57,971 bases of DNA. Origin: Clostridiaceae bacterium (GTDB lineage: Bacteria; Bacillota; Clostridia; Acetivibrionales; DUMB01). The stretch is taken from positions 1-57,971 of the forward strand of contig DULF01000023.1 of the NCBI GenBank assembly GCA_012840535.1, given 5' to 3'. The notes beneath the pieces are model-generated. The model had not been told where the DNA came from. It did no database searches and worked only from the letters and a program-made list of their open reading frames with translations. Position numbers and translations under genes: made by a program. How positions within the stretch are numbered: position 1 is the stretch's first letter; each line of letters begins with the position of its first letter. Of this stretch, positions 19,527-27,852 are shown piece after piece.

Positions 19527-19598
19527 ATTTTTTATGAAAATATGTAAATAATAAGTAAACCCATACAGCAAAATTTATAAGTGAAAAGGGTGATAAAA

Positions 19599-20531
19599 AT
19601 GCTGGAGATTTTCAAGACTGTAAACGAAGAACTGGTTCGTATGGATCATTTCGAAGATGGTGTATGGGTTAATTTGACCAATCCGACTGAAGAAGAGATA
19701 AAAAGAGTATGTGAAGGATTAAAGGTTGATGTTGAATATATAAGAGCCGCCCTCGACGAAGAGGAACGTGCACGTATTGATTCCAATAACGGTCAAACCC
19801 TTATAATAGTTGACATACCAATTGATGAAAAAGAGGGCGATAATAGCATATATGTAACCATTCCTCTTGGTATTATAGTTATTAAAGAGAATATAATAAC
19901 AGTATGTTTAAGGGAAAACCCGATTATAAAGGACTTTATAAATAACAGGGTAAAATCTTTCTATACTTTCTTTAAAAATAGGTTTATTCTTCAAATACTT
20001 TATAAAAATGCCGCTTACTATTTACATTATTTAAGGTTAATCGACAAGGAAAGCACAAGGATTGAGTATGCCCTGCACAAATCAATGAGAAACAAGGAAC
20101 TTATACAGCTGCTGGACCTTCAAAAGACCCTTGTGTTCTTTTCCACCTCGTTGAAGGCAAATGAACTGGTCCTTGAAAAAATGCTCAGGTTTGACTATAT
20201 AAAAAAGTATCCTGATGACAACGACCTTCTCGAGGATGTCATAATAGAAAACAAGCAGGCAATTGAGATGGCCAACATATACAGTAATATTTTAAGCAGT
20301 ACAATGGACGCTTTTGCCTCAATAATCTCAAACAACTTAAATATAGTGATGAAATTCCTCACATCAGTGACCATCGTAATGTCAATACCTACAATGGTCG
20401 CAAGCTTTTTCGGCATGAATGTTAATTTGCCTTTCAGCAATTTAGGCGGGGCATTTTATATAATACTGTTAATATCGTTAGCACTCTCGGGTATCTCTAT
20501 ATACTTTTTGGCAAAAAGAAAGATGTTCTAG
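19599..20531 (+). CDS. corA: CorA-family magnesium/cobalt transporter
   Basis: Two C-terminal TM helices with the signature FFGMNV (GMN motif). The ATG at 19599 (MLEIFKT) has an AGGGTGA SD. Confidence 0.9.
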   Translation: MLEIFKTVNEELVRMDHFEDGVWVNLTNPTEEEIKRVCEGLKVDVEYIRAALDEEERARIDSNNGQTLIIVDIPIDEKEGDNSIYVTIPLGIIVIKENIITVCLRENPIIKDFINNRVKSFYTFFKNRFILQILYKNAAYYLHYLRLIDKESTRIEYALHKSMRNKELIQLLDLQKTLVFFSTSLKANELVLEKMLRFDYIKKYPDDNDLLEDVIIENKQAIEMANIYSNILSSTMDAFASIISNNLNIVMKFLTSVTIVMSIPTMVASFFGMNVNLPFSNLGGAFYIILLISLALSGISIYFLAKRKMF

Positions 20532-20562
20532 GGGTTGTTCCATATGGGACACCCTTTTTTTT
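20531..20562 (+). terminator. corA terminator, shared with the convergent 74-aa ORF
   Basis: GGGGTTGTTCC-ATAT-GGGACACCC imperfect stem followed by TTTTTTTT. Confidence 0.6.
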
Positions 20563-20785
20563 AACCTTGCCTCAAAAAATCTTTTTTATCATAGAAATTT
20601 TCGCCTGGAATTCTTAAAAATCCTTGACTGTCATAGAAAGGTTCATCAGGTTTCCTTAAAAACCCCTGGTAGTCAAAGTATTCTTCACCGGGTATTCGCA
20701 GAATTCCCTCTGCATCATAATAGCTTTCACCCGGCTTACGCAAATACCCCGCGCCATCATAAAAGTCTTCAGTTTTAGAATACAA
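20561..20785 (-). CDS. 74-aa protein made of five tandem 14-residue repeats (x-F/Y-Y/F-D-x-x-G-F/I/Y-L-R-x-P-G-E)
   Basis: EDFYDGAGYLRKPG / ESYYDAEGILRIPG / EEYFDYQGFLRKPD / EPFYDSQGFLRIPG / ENFYDKKDFLRQG. The repeats are conserved at protein level while the DNA units differ. GAGAGGGA SD 8 nt before the TTG start; upstream TTGCAG-18-TATAAT. Confidence 0.6.
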   Translation of the reverse strand: MYSKTEDFYDGAGYLRKPGESYYDAEGILRIPGEEYFDYQGFLRKPDEPFYDSQGFLRIPGENFYDKKDFLRQG

Positions 20786-20897
20786 TCTTAATATCCCTCT
20801 CTTTTATTATCGCTGCATTTAATGTAGCAATTATATTATAGCATATTGTAACCTATTGCTGCAAATAAAAAGGTCCGATACAAAACCGGACTTTTCG

Positions 20898-21090
20898 ACA
20901 GGAGAAGCTAGGAAACGAGGAATCAGCTAAAGAGGGGCAAGCAAGAGCAAATGAGGGAACGGTTCACCTCTGCTTCCTATAGGGAGCAAAGAGTTCGTCC
21001 CCCCGCTTCGTTTACAGGAAGCATTGAGAGCATCATTACATTTCTTTCCCCTGCCTTCTCTCTGCTTCCCCTGTTCTACTTTTTCACCCC
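20898..21090. repeat. Purine-arm / centre / pyrimidine-arm structured element (degenerate member of the heptad-arm family)
   Basis: Left arm GACAGGAGAAGCTAGGAAACGAGGAATCAGCTAAAGAGGGGCAAGCAAGAGCAAATGAGGGAAC. Right arm CTTTCCCCTGCCTTCTCTCTGCTTCCCCTGTTCTACTTTTTCACCCC. GGGAACGGTTC lies at 20955-20965. Confidence 0.5.
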
Positions 21091-21101
21091 GGTAATTTTC
21101 A

Positions 21102-21548
21102 CTAAACCGCATTATGGACAAACGATACTATACTTGAAATCGGTATATCAGTTACAGATCCAACAGTATATACAGGATAGCCGTTCCATCCGCCTGCGGT
21201 TATTGCGCCAACTTCACTTGCGGGAGCAATGGGACCGCCGAATCCGTCTGTGTATGAGCCATAGCCGCCGCAGCCCTTGCCGTATCCATATCCGTATCCA
21301 GGACCTACATGGAAACCAGTGCAAGCGTTCCCAAGTGAGCATCCCGGTGGCGGACCAATCCTGGTGAGCAGCCTTACAAATACATTGTTAACTGCAAGAA
21401 TTACTCCTGTAAAACCTGCTCCTGACTGGCCTCCACTGTTGGTGAAGATTGTTACGGTTTCACCAATATAGTTGGCGAGCAATGCAGCAAAGCTTCCTCC
21501 GGGGAATGAACCGACACCACCATAAATTCCTCCAACACCATCAGACAT
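21102..21548 (-). CDS. Uncharacterised small protein, paralog A (Gly/Tyr-rich insert)
   Basis: GGAAGGAGAG SD before ATG 21548. MSDGVGGIYGG...LANYIGETVTIFTNSGGQSGAGFTGVILAVNNVFVRLLTRIGPPPGCSLGNAC...GPGYGYGYGKGCGGYGSY...VGSVTDIPISSIVSFVHNAV. Homologous to the ORF at 21746-22222. Confidence 0.7.
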   Translation of the reverse strand: MSDGVGGIYGGVGSFPGGSFAALLANYIGETVTIFTNSGGQSGAGFTGVILAVNNVFVRLLTRIGPPPGCSLGNACTGFHVGPGYGYGYGKGCGGYGSYTDGFGGPIAPASEVGAITAGGWNGYPVYTVGSVTDIPISSIVSFVHNAV

Positions 21549-21745
21549 TATGATCTCTCCTTCCAAATAATTAGTCGTTTACTCTTACTACATATTATGT
21601 TAACTCTTGTACACCTGTTACTTTTGTTTTGAGTTTTATGTTTAATGGTTCATCTAAATTGGAAACATTTCTTTTGAATGTCTATATGATATAACGTAGG
21701 GATATTGAGATTTGCAGAAGGTATAAAAAAAAGGAGTGATTGTAA

Positions 21746-22222
21746 TTGTTTTTCTATAGAAGGCGCACCTCCGGAAAAAGAAAGACGGCTGAAAAAGACA
21801 ACAATGTAAAGTTTTTCGACAATTCAGCCGATAGGAACGCTGAAGCTGACAAAATACAAAATGCAGATTGCGTACATACCGTTCAGGAAATAGAAGGAAA
21901 TAAGTTTGCAATGCATATGGCTAAATATTTAGGCACTACCGTCACTGTTTTCGTAAGCAGCGGAGGAATGTCAGGGGCTGGATTTACAGGGGTATTGCTT
22001 GATTCCAACAGCATTTATATAAAACTGCTTATACATATCGGACCTGCTCCGGCATGTCCTTTAGGTAATTCATGCATATACAGTAACCCCATATTTAGAT
22101 ATGGTTTTGATTTGCATATAAAAAATACAGTGCAATTCTGGAGGCCATTTATTTGTACAGTAGGCACAATTGCCTATATACCGGTTGACAAAATTGCTGC
22201 CTTTGTCCACAATGCCGTATAA
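21746..22222 (+). CDS. Uncharacterised small protein, paralog B (basic N-terminal extension)
   Basis: AAGGAG SD 9 nt before TTG 21746. ...KFAMHMAKYLGTTVTVFVSSGGMSGAGFTGVLLDSNSIYIKLLIHIGPAPACPLGNSC...VGTIAYIPVDKIAAFVHNAV. Similarity to paralog A extends upstream of the internal ATGs, which supports the long form. Confidence 0.65.
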   Translation: MFFYRRRTSGKRKTAEKDNNVKFFDNSADRNAEADKIQNADCVHTVQEIEGNKFAMHMAKYLGTTVTVFVSSGGMSGAGFTGVLLDSNSIYIKLLIHIGPAPACPLGNSCIYSNPIFRYGFDLHIKNTVQFWRPFICTVGTIAYIPVDKIAAFVHNAV

Positions 22223-22355
22223 ACAAGTGAAGCGAAAGAACCGTCCCCCTGATTGTCCTGCTTCTTCCCCTTTAAGTAAATCCTGATGAATAATTAGTAA
22301 CTTTTATTAAATAATATTTTTATGACGTATTAAGGAAATCAGGGGAGGAATTTAT

Positions 22356-22523
22356 ATGGCCGAAAATAATTTTAAAAAGCGCTTTATGGGCAAGCCTGTT
22401 GAAAACCATGAAACGGCGGCATGGGCAAAAATTCACAAGACAAAACCTGTTTCGAACGTTGCAATTCCTGATGAGCTGGAAGTAAGAAATGCCAAGGAAT
22501 GGGTTGATTCAAACCAGAAATAA
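22356..22523 (+). CDS. 55-aa conserved-looking small protein (resembles clostridial DUF3787-type proteins, from memory)
   Basis: AGGGGAGG SD 7 nt before the ATG. MAENNFKKRFMGKPVENHETAAWAKIHKTKPVSNVAIPDELEVRNAKEWVDSNQK. Below the ORF-track size cut-off. Confidence 0.55.
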   Translation: MAENNFKKRFMGKPVENHETAAWAKIHKTKPVSNVAIPDELEVRNAKEWVDSNQK

Positions 22524-22555
22524 TATAGGGGCGGACCTGTCTGTCCTCCCCTATA
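22524..22555. terminator. Bidirectional terminator between the 55-aa ORF and convergent PFOR
   Basis: TATAGGGGCGGAC-CTGTCT-GTCCTCCCCTATA, 12 of 13 bp. It overlaps the PFOR stop codon. Confidence 0.6.
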
Positions 22556-25500
22556 TTTGTTGCGCCAATCTCTTATATGTTTCGTACCTTTCCTTTGCAT
22601 GGTTCTCCGCCGCTTCAAACATTTCTTCCGCAATATCGGGAAATACATTCATCAGCGAAGAGAATCTTACCTCGCCATGCAGGAAATCCTTGAATGATCC
22701 GGAAGGTTCTTTAGAATCCAGAATAAAAGGATTCCTGCCCTCTTTTTTCAGGTCGGGGTTATACCTGTAAAGATGCCAGTATCCTGCTTCCACAGCCTTT
22801 TTTTCCTCCATTATGCTGGTCCCCATACCGGTCTTTATACCATGGTTTATGCACGGAGAATACGCAATTATCAATGAAGGCCCCTTATATCTCTCTGCTT
22901 CCGTTATTGCCTTGATCGTCTGGTTCATGTTTGCTCCCATTGCAATCTGGGCGACATAAACATAGCCATAACTCATGGCCATCAGGCCCAAATCTTTTTT
23001 CCTGATTTTCTTGCCTGATGCTGCGAACTTTGCCACTGCAGCTGTGGGTGTCGATTTGGAAGACTGTCCGCCTGTATTTGAATAAACCTCGGTATCCATT
23101 ACAAACAGGTTTACATCATCACCCGAAGCAATGACATGGTCCAGGCCTCCAAATCCTATATCGTACGCCCAACCGTCCCCTCCAATCATCCAGAAAGATT
23201 TCTTAATTAAAAAGTCCTTCCTTTCCATTATCTCGCGCAATACCAGGTGCTTTTCGTAGTCGATGCCTTTCAGAGCTTCAAGTATTCTGGCAGTAGCCTT
23301 CTTTGAAGCATCAGCGTCGTCCATGCCATTAAGCCACTCCCGGAAAGCTTCCTTTATGTTTTCATCAATGGGCGCATTTAAAGCTTCTTTCATCAGGTCT
23401 GCCAGTTTCTCCCTTATCTGTTTTACTCCTAAATACATGCCATAGCCGTACTCAGCATTGTCCTCAAACAGGGAGTTTGCCCAGGCAGGCCCCTTTCCTT
23501 CCGCATTTGTTGTATAAGCCATGGATGGAGCGCTTGCAGCCCATATGGAAGAACAGCCTGTGGCGTTTGCAATCATCATCCTGTCGCCGAAAAGCTGTGT
23601 CAGAAGCTTGATATATGGGGTTTCACCGCATCCCGGACATGCTCCGTTAAACTCCAGCAGAGGCCTTACAAACTGGCTGCCTTTTAAAGTAAATGGATCC
23701 ATTAAATTGTCCTTTTCGGTTACTGTCATTGCAAATTCCCAGTTTTCAGCTTCGGCTTCAATTTGCTGTTCCGCAGGTTTCATTATAAGTGCCTTGCCCT
23801 TTGCCGGACAGATATCAGCACAGTTGCCACAACCTGTGCAGTCAAGAGGGCTTACCTGTATACGGTACTCCAACCCTTCAAGGCCTTTCCCTATTGCTTT
23901 TTTCGTTTTAAAGGTTTCAGGCGCTCTTTCTTTCTCTTTCTGGTTCAGAAGAAACGGCCTTATTGTAGCGTGCGGACATACATACGAACACTGGTTGCAC
24001 TGTATGCACTTGTCAATCTGCCATTCTGGAATCATAACTGCAATTCCGCGTTTTTCATATGCTGTTGTTCCCAGCGGGAATGTTCCGTCCTCCATTCCGT
24101 TAAAAGCGCTTACAGGCAGCTCATCTCCTTCAAGTTGTGCCATAGGCCTTTGTATCCTTTTGACAAAATCCGGCTCCTCTTTCTCAGGCATTTCCTCATC
24201 AATTGCATCTGCCCATGCTGCGGGAACATCCACCTTCACCAGGTCTTGAATGCCCCTGTCTATTGCGGCTTTATTCATTTCAACAATTTTTTGTCCCTTT
24301 TTGCCGTACATTTTCTCAACAGAATCTTTCAGGTACCTGACCGCATCCTCAACTGGTATGACATTTGCCAATTTGAAGAAGGCAGCCTGCATTATCATAT
24401 TTATCCTGTTGCCAAGCCCAATCTCCGAGGCTATTGATATTGCATCAATTATATAGAAATTTATATTATTCCGTGCAATATACTTCCTTATTGAAGCCGG
24501 TATTTTTTCGTCCAGTTCTTCAGCCTTCCATGGGCAATTGAGTACAAATGTGCCGTTTTGTTTAAGCCCTTTCAAAATATCATACTGGTAAATAAAGGAT
24601 TTATTATGGCATGCAATATAGTCTGAACTGTAAACAAGGTATGGCGATCTTATGGGATTTTTGCCAAACCTCAGATGTGAAATTGTCGTACCTCCCGATT
24701 TTTTGCTGTCGTACGAGAAATAAGCCTGGGCATAAAGTTCGGTATTGTCTCCAATAATTTTCACCGCCGTCTTGTTCGCCCCTACCGTTCCATCGGAGCC
24801 CAAGCCCCAGAATTTGCAGCTTATTGTTCCTTCAGGAGCCGTATCGATGTCTTTCTCTTCAGGAAGCGAAGTATTTGTAACATCGTCCACAATGCCAATT
24901 GTAAAGTTATTCTTCGGCTCGTCTTTTTTCAGATTATTAAATACCGCAAGTATCTGGGACGGTCTTGTGTCTTTTGAGCCAAGGCCATACCTTCCTCCAA
25001 CTATTACAGGAGTTCTGCCGGATCCGTAAAACGCCCTTACAACATCAAGATACAGCGGTTCCCCCGCTGAGCCCGGTTCTTTTGTCCTATCCAATACAGC
25101 TATTTTCTCGACGGTTGGAGGAATAACATCAAGAAGATGCTTTGAAGAGAAAGGCCTGTAAAGGTGAACTCTTACAGCGCCTACCTTTTCGCCCCATTTG
25201 TTGAGATAATCCACTACTTCATCCACAGTATCGCATACTGATCCCATAGCCACAATCACATATTTTGCGTCTTTCGCCCCGTGGTAATCAAAAAGGTGGT
25301 ATTCCCGGCCTGTGATTCTCTTTATTTCACCCATGTAATACTCTACAATTTCGGGAACTTTTTCATAGAATTTATTTGATGCCTCCCGTCCCTGGAAGTA
25401 TATGTCAGGATTCTGGGCAGTTCCCCTGATCACCGGATGTTCAGGATTTAATGCGTTATCCCTGAAAGCTTTGATAGCCTCATAGTCGACTATATCCGCT

Positions 25501-26069
25501 ATTTCGTCATATTCGATGACATTGATTTTCTGATATTCATGGGATGTTCTGAAACCGTCAAAAAAATGGATGAACGGTATCCGTGATTTTATTGCGGACA
25601 AATGCGAAATAAAGCCCAAATCCATAACTTCCTGAACATTGGATGACGCCAGGAGCGCTGCCCCTGTCTGACGGCATGCCATAACATCCTGGTGGTCTCC
25701 GAAAATTGAAAGGGCATGAGTGGCAATTGCGCGGGCGCTTACATGAAATACCCCCGGCAAAAGTTCTCCTGCCATCTTATATATATTCGGAATCATTAAA
25801 AGCAGACCCTGCGAAGCTGTATAAGTCGTGGTCAAAGCTCCCGCAGCCAGCGATCCGTGCATTGCTCCGGCAGCTCCCGCTTCAGACTGCATCTCTACAA
25901 CCTTGACTGGCTGTCCGAATATGTTCTTCATTCCGTGGGAAGACCATTCATCAACTCCTTCAGCCATTGGAGAGGAAGGAGTAATCGGAAAAATTGTCGC
26001 AACTTCCGTCAGCGCATAAGAAGCATAAGCCGCAGCCTGGTTTCCATCCATTGTTTCTATTCTGGCCAT
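22551..26069 (-). CDS. nifJ: Pyruvate:ferredoxin (flavodoxin) oxidoreductase, single-chain
   Basis: 1172 aa. MDGNQAAAYASYA start, two 4Fe-4S motifs CIQCNQCSYVCP and CTGCGNCADICP, and TPP motif GGDGWAYDIG. Confidence 0.97.
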   Translation of the reverse strand: MARIETMDGNQAAAYASYALTEVATIFPITPSSPMAEGVDEWSSHGMKNIFGQPVKVVEMQSEAGAAGAMHGSLAAGALTTTYTASQGLLLMIPNIYKMAGELLPGVFHVSARAIATHALSIFGDHQDVMACRQTGAALLASSNVQEVMDLGFISHLSAIKSRIPFIHFFDGFRTSHEYQKINVIEYDEIADIVDYEAIKAFRDNALNPEHPVIRGTAQNPDIYFQGREASNKFYEKVPEIVEYYMGEIKRITGREYHLFDYHGAKDAKYVIVAMGSVCDTVDEVVDYLNKWGEKVGAVRVHLYRPFSSKHLLDVIPPTVEKIAVLDRTKEPGSAGEPLYLDVVRAFYGSGRTPVIVGGRYGLGSKDTRPSQILAVFNNLKKDEPKNNFTIGIVDDVTNTSLPEEKDIDTAPEGTISCKFWGLGSDGTVGANKTAVKIIGDNTELYAQAYFSYDSKKSGGTTISHLRFGKNPIRSPYLVYSSDYIACHNKSFIYQYDILKGLKQNGTFVLNCPWKAEELDEKIPASIRKYIARNNINFYIIDAISIASEIGLGNRINMIMQAAFFKLANVIPVEDAVRYLKDSVEKMYGKKGQKIVEMNKAAIDRGIQDLVKVDVPAAWADAIDEEMPEKEEPDFVKRIQRPMAQLEGDELPVSAFNGMEDGTFPLGTTAYEKRGIAVMIPEWQIDKCIQCNQCSYVCPHATIRPFLLNQKEKERAPETFKTKKAIGKGLEGLEYRIQVSPLDCTGCGNCADICPAKGKALIMKPAEQQIEAEAENWEFAMTVTEKDNLMDPFTLKGSQFVRPLLEFNGACPGCGETPYIKLLTQLFGDRMMIANATGCSSIWAASAPSMAYTTNAEGKGPAWANSLFEDNAEYGYGMYLGVKQIREKLADLMKEALNAPIDENIKEAFREWLNGMDDADASKKATARILEALKGIDYEKHLVLREIMERKDFLIKKSFWMIGGDGWAYDIGFGGLDHVIASGDDVNLFVMDTEVYSNTGGQSSKSTPTAAVAKFAASGKKIRKKDLGLMAMSYGYVYVAQIAMGANMNQTIKAITEAERYKGPSLIIAYSPCINHGIKTGMGTSIMEEKKAVEAGYWHLYRYNPDLKKEGRNPFILDSKEPSGSFKDFLHGEVRFSSLMNVFPDIAEEMFEAAENHAKERYETYKRLAQQI

Positions 26070-26206
26070 AAAGTGATCTCTCCTTTTCGTATCTTACTGC
26101 TAAACTATTTAAATAAATACAAGGACGTATAATTAAAGCGCCCAAGGATACATCACTTTATATTATTTCTAAGGTGTTGAAATAAAATGCAGAGACGGAA
26201 GATATA

Positions 26207-26995
26207 TTAATTATTTTCCTCATCAAACAGCATTAATTCACATAAGTTGTTAAAGACTTTTGTGGGCTGTATGTTGCTTTTTTTGAGGTCATCAATAGTT
26301 GTAACCCCTGTCAGCACAAGAAAAGACAAAATATTTTGTTTAACTCCGAAATAAATGTCAGTATCCAGCCTGTCCCCCACGACGCAGAACTGTTCTTTTT
26401 TGCACTTAACCCTCCGGGACACTGTGTCCAATAAATAACGCTCTGGTTTCCCGATAACAACGGGTTTTGTCCCTGATGCCGTCTCAATGCTTGCAGCAAT
26501 TGCACCGGTATGGGGAACCAGTTTATTTCCGTCGGGTATCGTGGAATCACCGTTTGTACATATAAAACCGGCACCGTCAAGTATGAACTGGGTTGCCTTT
26601 TTCATTTTTTCGTAGCTGAATTCCGTGTCGTATCCAACCACGACACAGTCAGGACCTTCAGAAACGATGCCGATCCCTCTCCCTGCAATCTTTTCTTTCA
26701 ATGCATCACTTCCTACTACATAAGCCTTTGAGCAAGAAGTGCTGCTGACTAAATAGTCTGCCGTGACATCTGCTGAAGTAATAATATTGCCAGGTCCCAC
26801 GTCAATTCTCATTCCCTGCACCTTTCGGGCCAAAGCACCCGCAGAGTTTAAGGGACAATTCGTCACAAGAAAAAAAATCCTGTTTTTTTGCTGCAGGTAC
26901 CTGATAAATTCTTTCGCATATTCAATCGGACATGTACCACGATATATGGTACCGTCCATATCTATCAGATAAACTAACTTGCTGTAAACCCCCAT
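26207..26995 (-). CDS. HAD-superfamily hydrolase, subfamily IIA (NagD-like sugar-phosphate phosphatase)
   Basis: DMDGTIYRG motif I, LVTN motif II, and C-terminal GDRLDTDI. Confidence 0.85.
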   Translation of the reverse strand: MGVYSKLVYLIDMDGTIYRGTCPIEYAKEFIRYLQQKNRIFFLVTNCPLNSAGALARKVQGMRIDVGPGNIITSADVTADYLVSSTSCSKAYVVGSDALKEKIAGRGIGIVSEGPDCVVVGYDTEFSYEKMKKATQFILDGAGFICTNGDSTIPDGNKLVPHTGAIAASIETASGTKPVVIGKPERYLLDTVSRRVKCKKEQFCVVGDRLDTDIYFGVKQNILSFLVLTGVTTIDDLKKSNIQPTKVFNNLCELMLFDEENN

Positions 26996-27000
26996 TTAAT

Positions 27001-27852
27001 CTAAAACCTCGTTTCGTCAAGAATTTCCGCCATGTTTTCAATATTTTCTACAGCAGTATCATATTTTTTAATTGCAATGCAGGTATATAAACTGTCCAAC
27101 AGCGCAATTTGGGCAATACGGGAAGATACCGCTTCCTTCATAAACCGGGCTTCAGAAGTGGATGTTATGAGCTTGCAATCTGCCAGTTTAGATATTGGAC
27201 TGTCAATAAAACTTGTAATGCCGATAATTGAAGTTCCTTTGCTTTTAGCTATTTCTACAGCCTTCACGGTGTCTTTTGTCCTGCCCGTATGCGATATGCC
27301 GACAGCAACACATTTCTCATCCAGCATGTTGGCTGAAATCCTGCTTATATGCGGGTCTGTGGCAACATGTGCGTTCAGGCCTATCCGCATAAACCTGTAA
27401 TACGCATCCATTGCAATGGGCGCTGAAGTACCCACTCCATAAAATTCAATTCTCCTTGCTTTTAAAAGGAGTTCCACCGCTTTTGAAAACTCAGAAGCTT
27501 CCAGCATTTTCAAACTGTCTTCAAGAGCTTTTATGCTTGATGCAAATACTTTTGACAATATAGTGGCGTAATCGTCGTCCATATTAATATTTTCAAAAAT
27601 CAGCTCACTTGGCTGTACAAGATTTCTTGCAATATTGATTTTCAGCTCCGTAAAACCGTTGAAACCAAGTTTTTGGCAGAACCTTACTATACTTGAATCA
27701 GCAACTCCAACTTTGCGCGAAATTTGAGCAACCGTCATATTTACCACTATCTCCGGATGTTCAAGTATAAAATCGGCTATTTTCTTTTCAGATTCGTGCA
27801 TAGAAGGGTAAAGGCTTCTCATAAGAATCAAACAGTTTTTTATACCTTCCAT
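27001..27852 (-). CDS. RpiR/MurR-family transcriptional regulator (HTH plus SIS domain)
   Basis: N-terminal HTH (MTVAQISRKVGVADSSIVRFCQKLGFNGF) and a SIS phosphosugar-binding domain (GVGTSAPIA...ISHTGRTKDT). Confidence 0.9.
   Translation of the reverse strand: MEGIKNCLILMRSLYPSMHESEKKIADFILEHPEIVVNMTVAQISRKVGVADSSIVRFCQKLGFNGFTELKINIARNLVQPSELIFENINMDDDYATILSKVFASSIKALEDSLKMLEASEFSKAVELLLKARRIEFYGVGTSAPIAMDAYYRFMRIGLNAHVATDPHISRISANMLDEKCVAVGISHTGRTKDTVKAVEIAKSKGTSIIGITSFIDSPISKLADCKLITSTSEARFMKEAVSSRIAQIALLDSLYTCIAIKKYDTAVENIENMAEILDETRF

Noticed and set aside
23521-24437. 242-aa and 224-aa plus-strand ORFs inside the PFOR gene.
   Set aside because: They are antisense shadow ORFs of a 1172-aa gene with unambiguous motifs. 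They have no SD and no recognisable domains.
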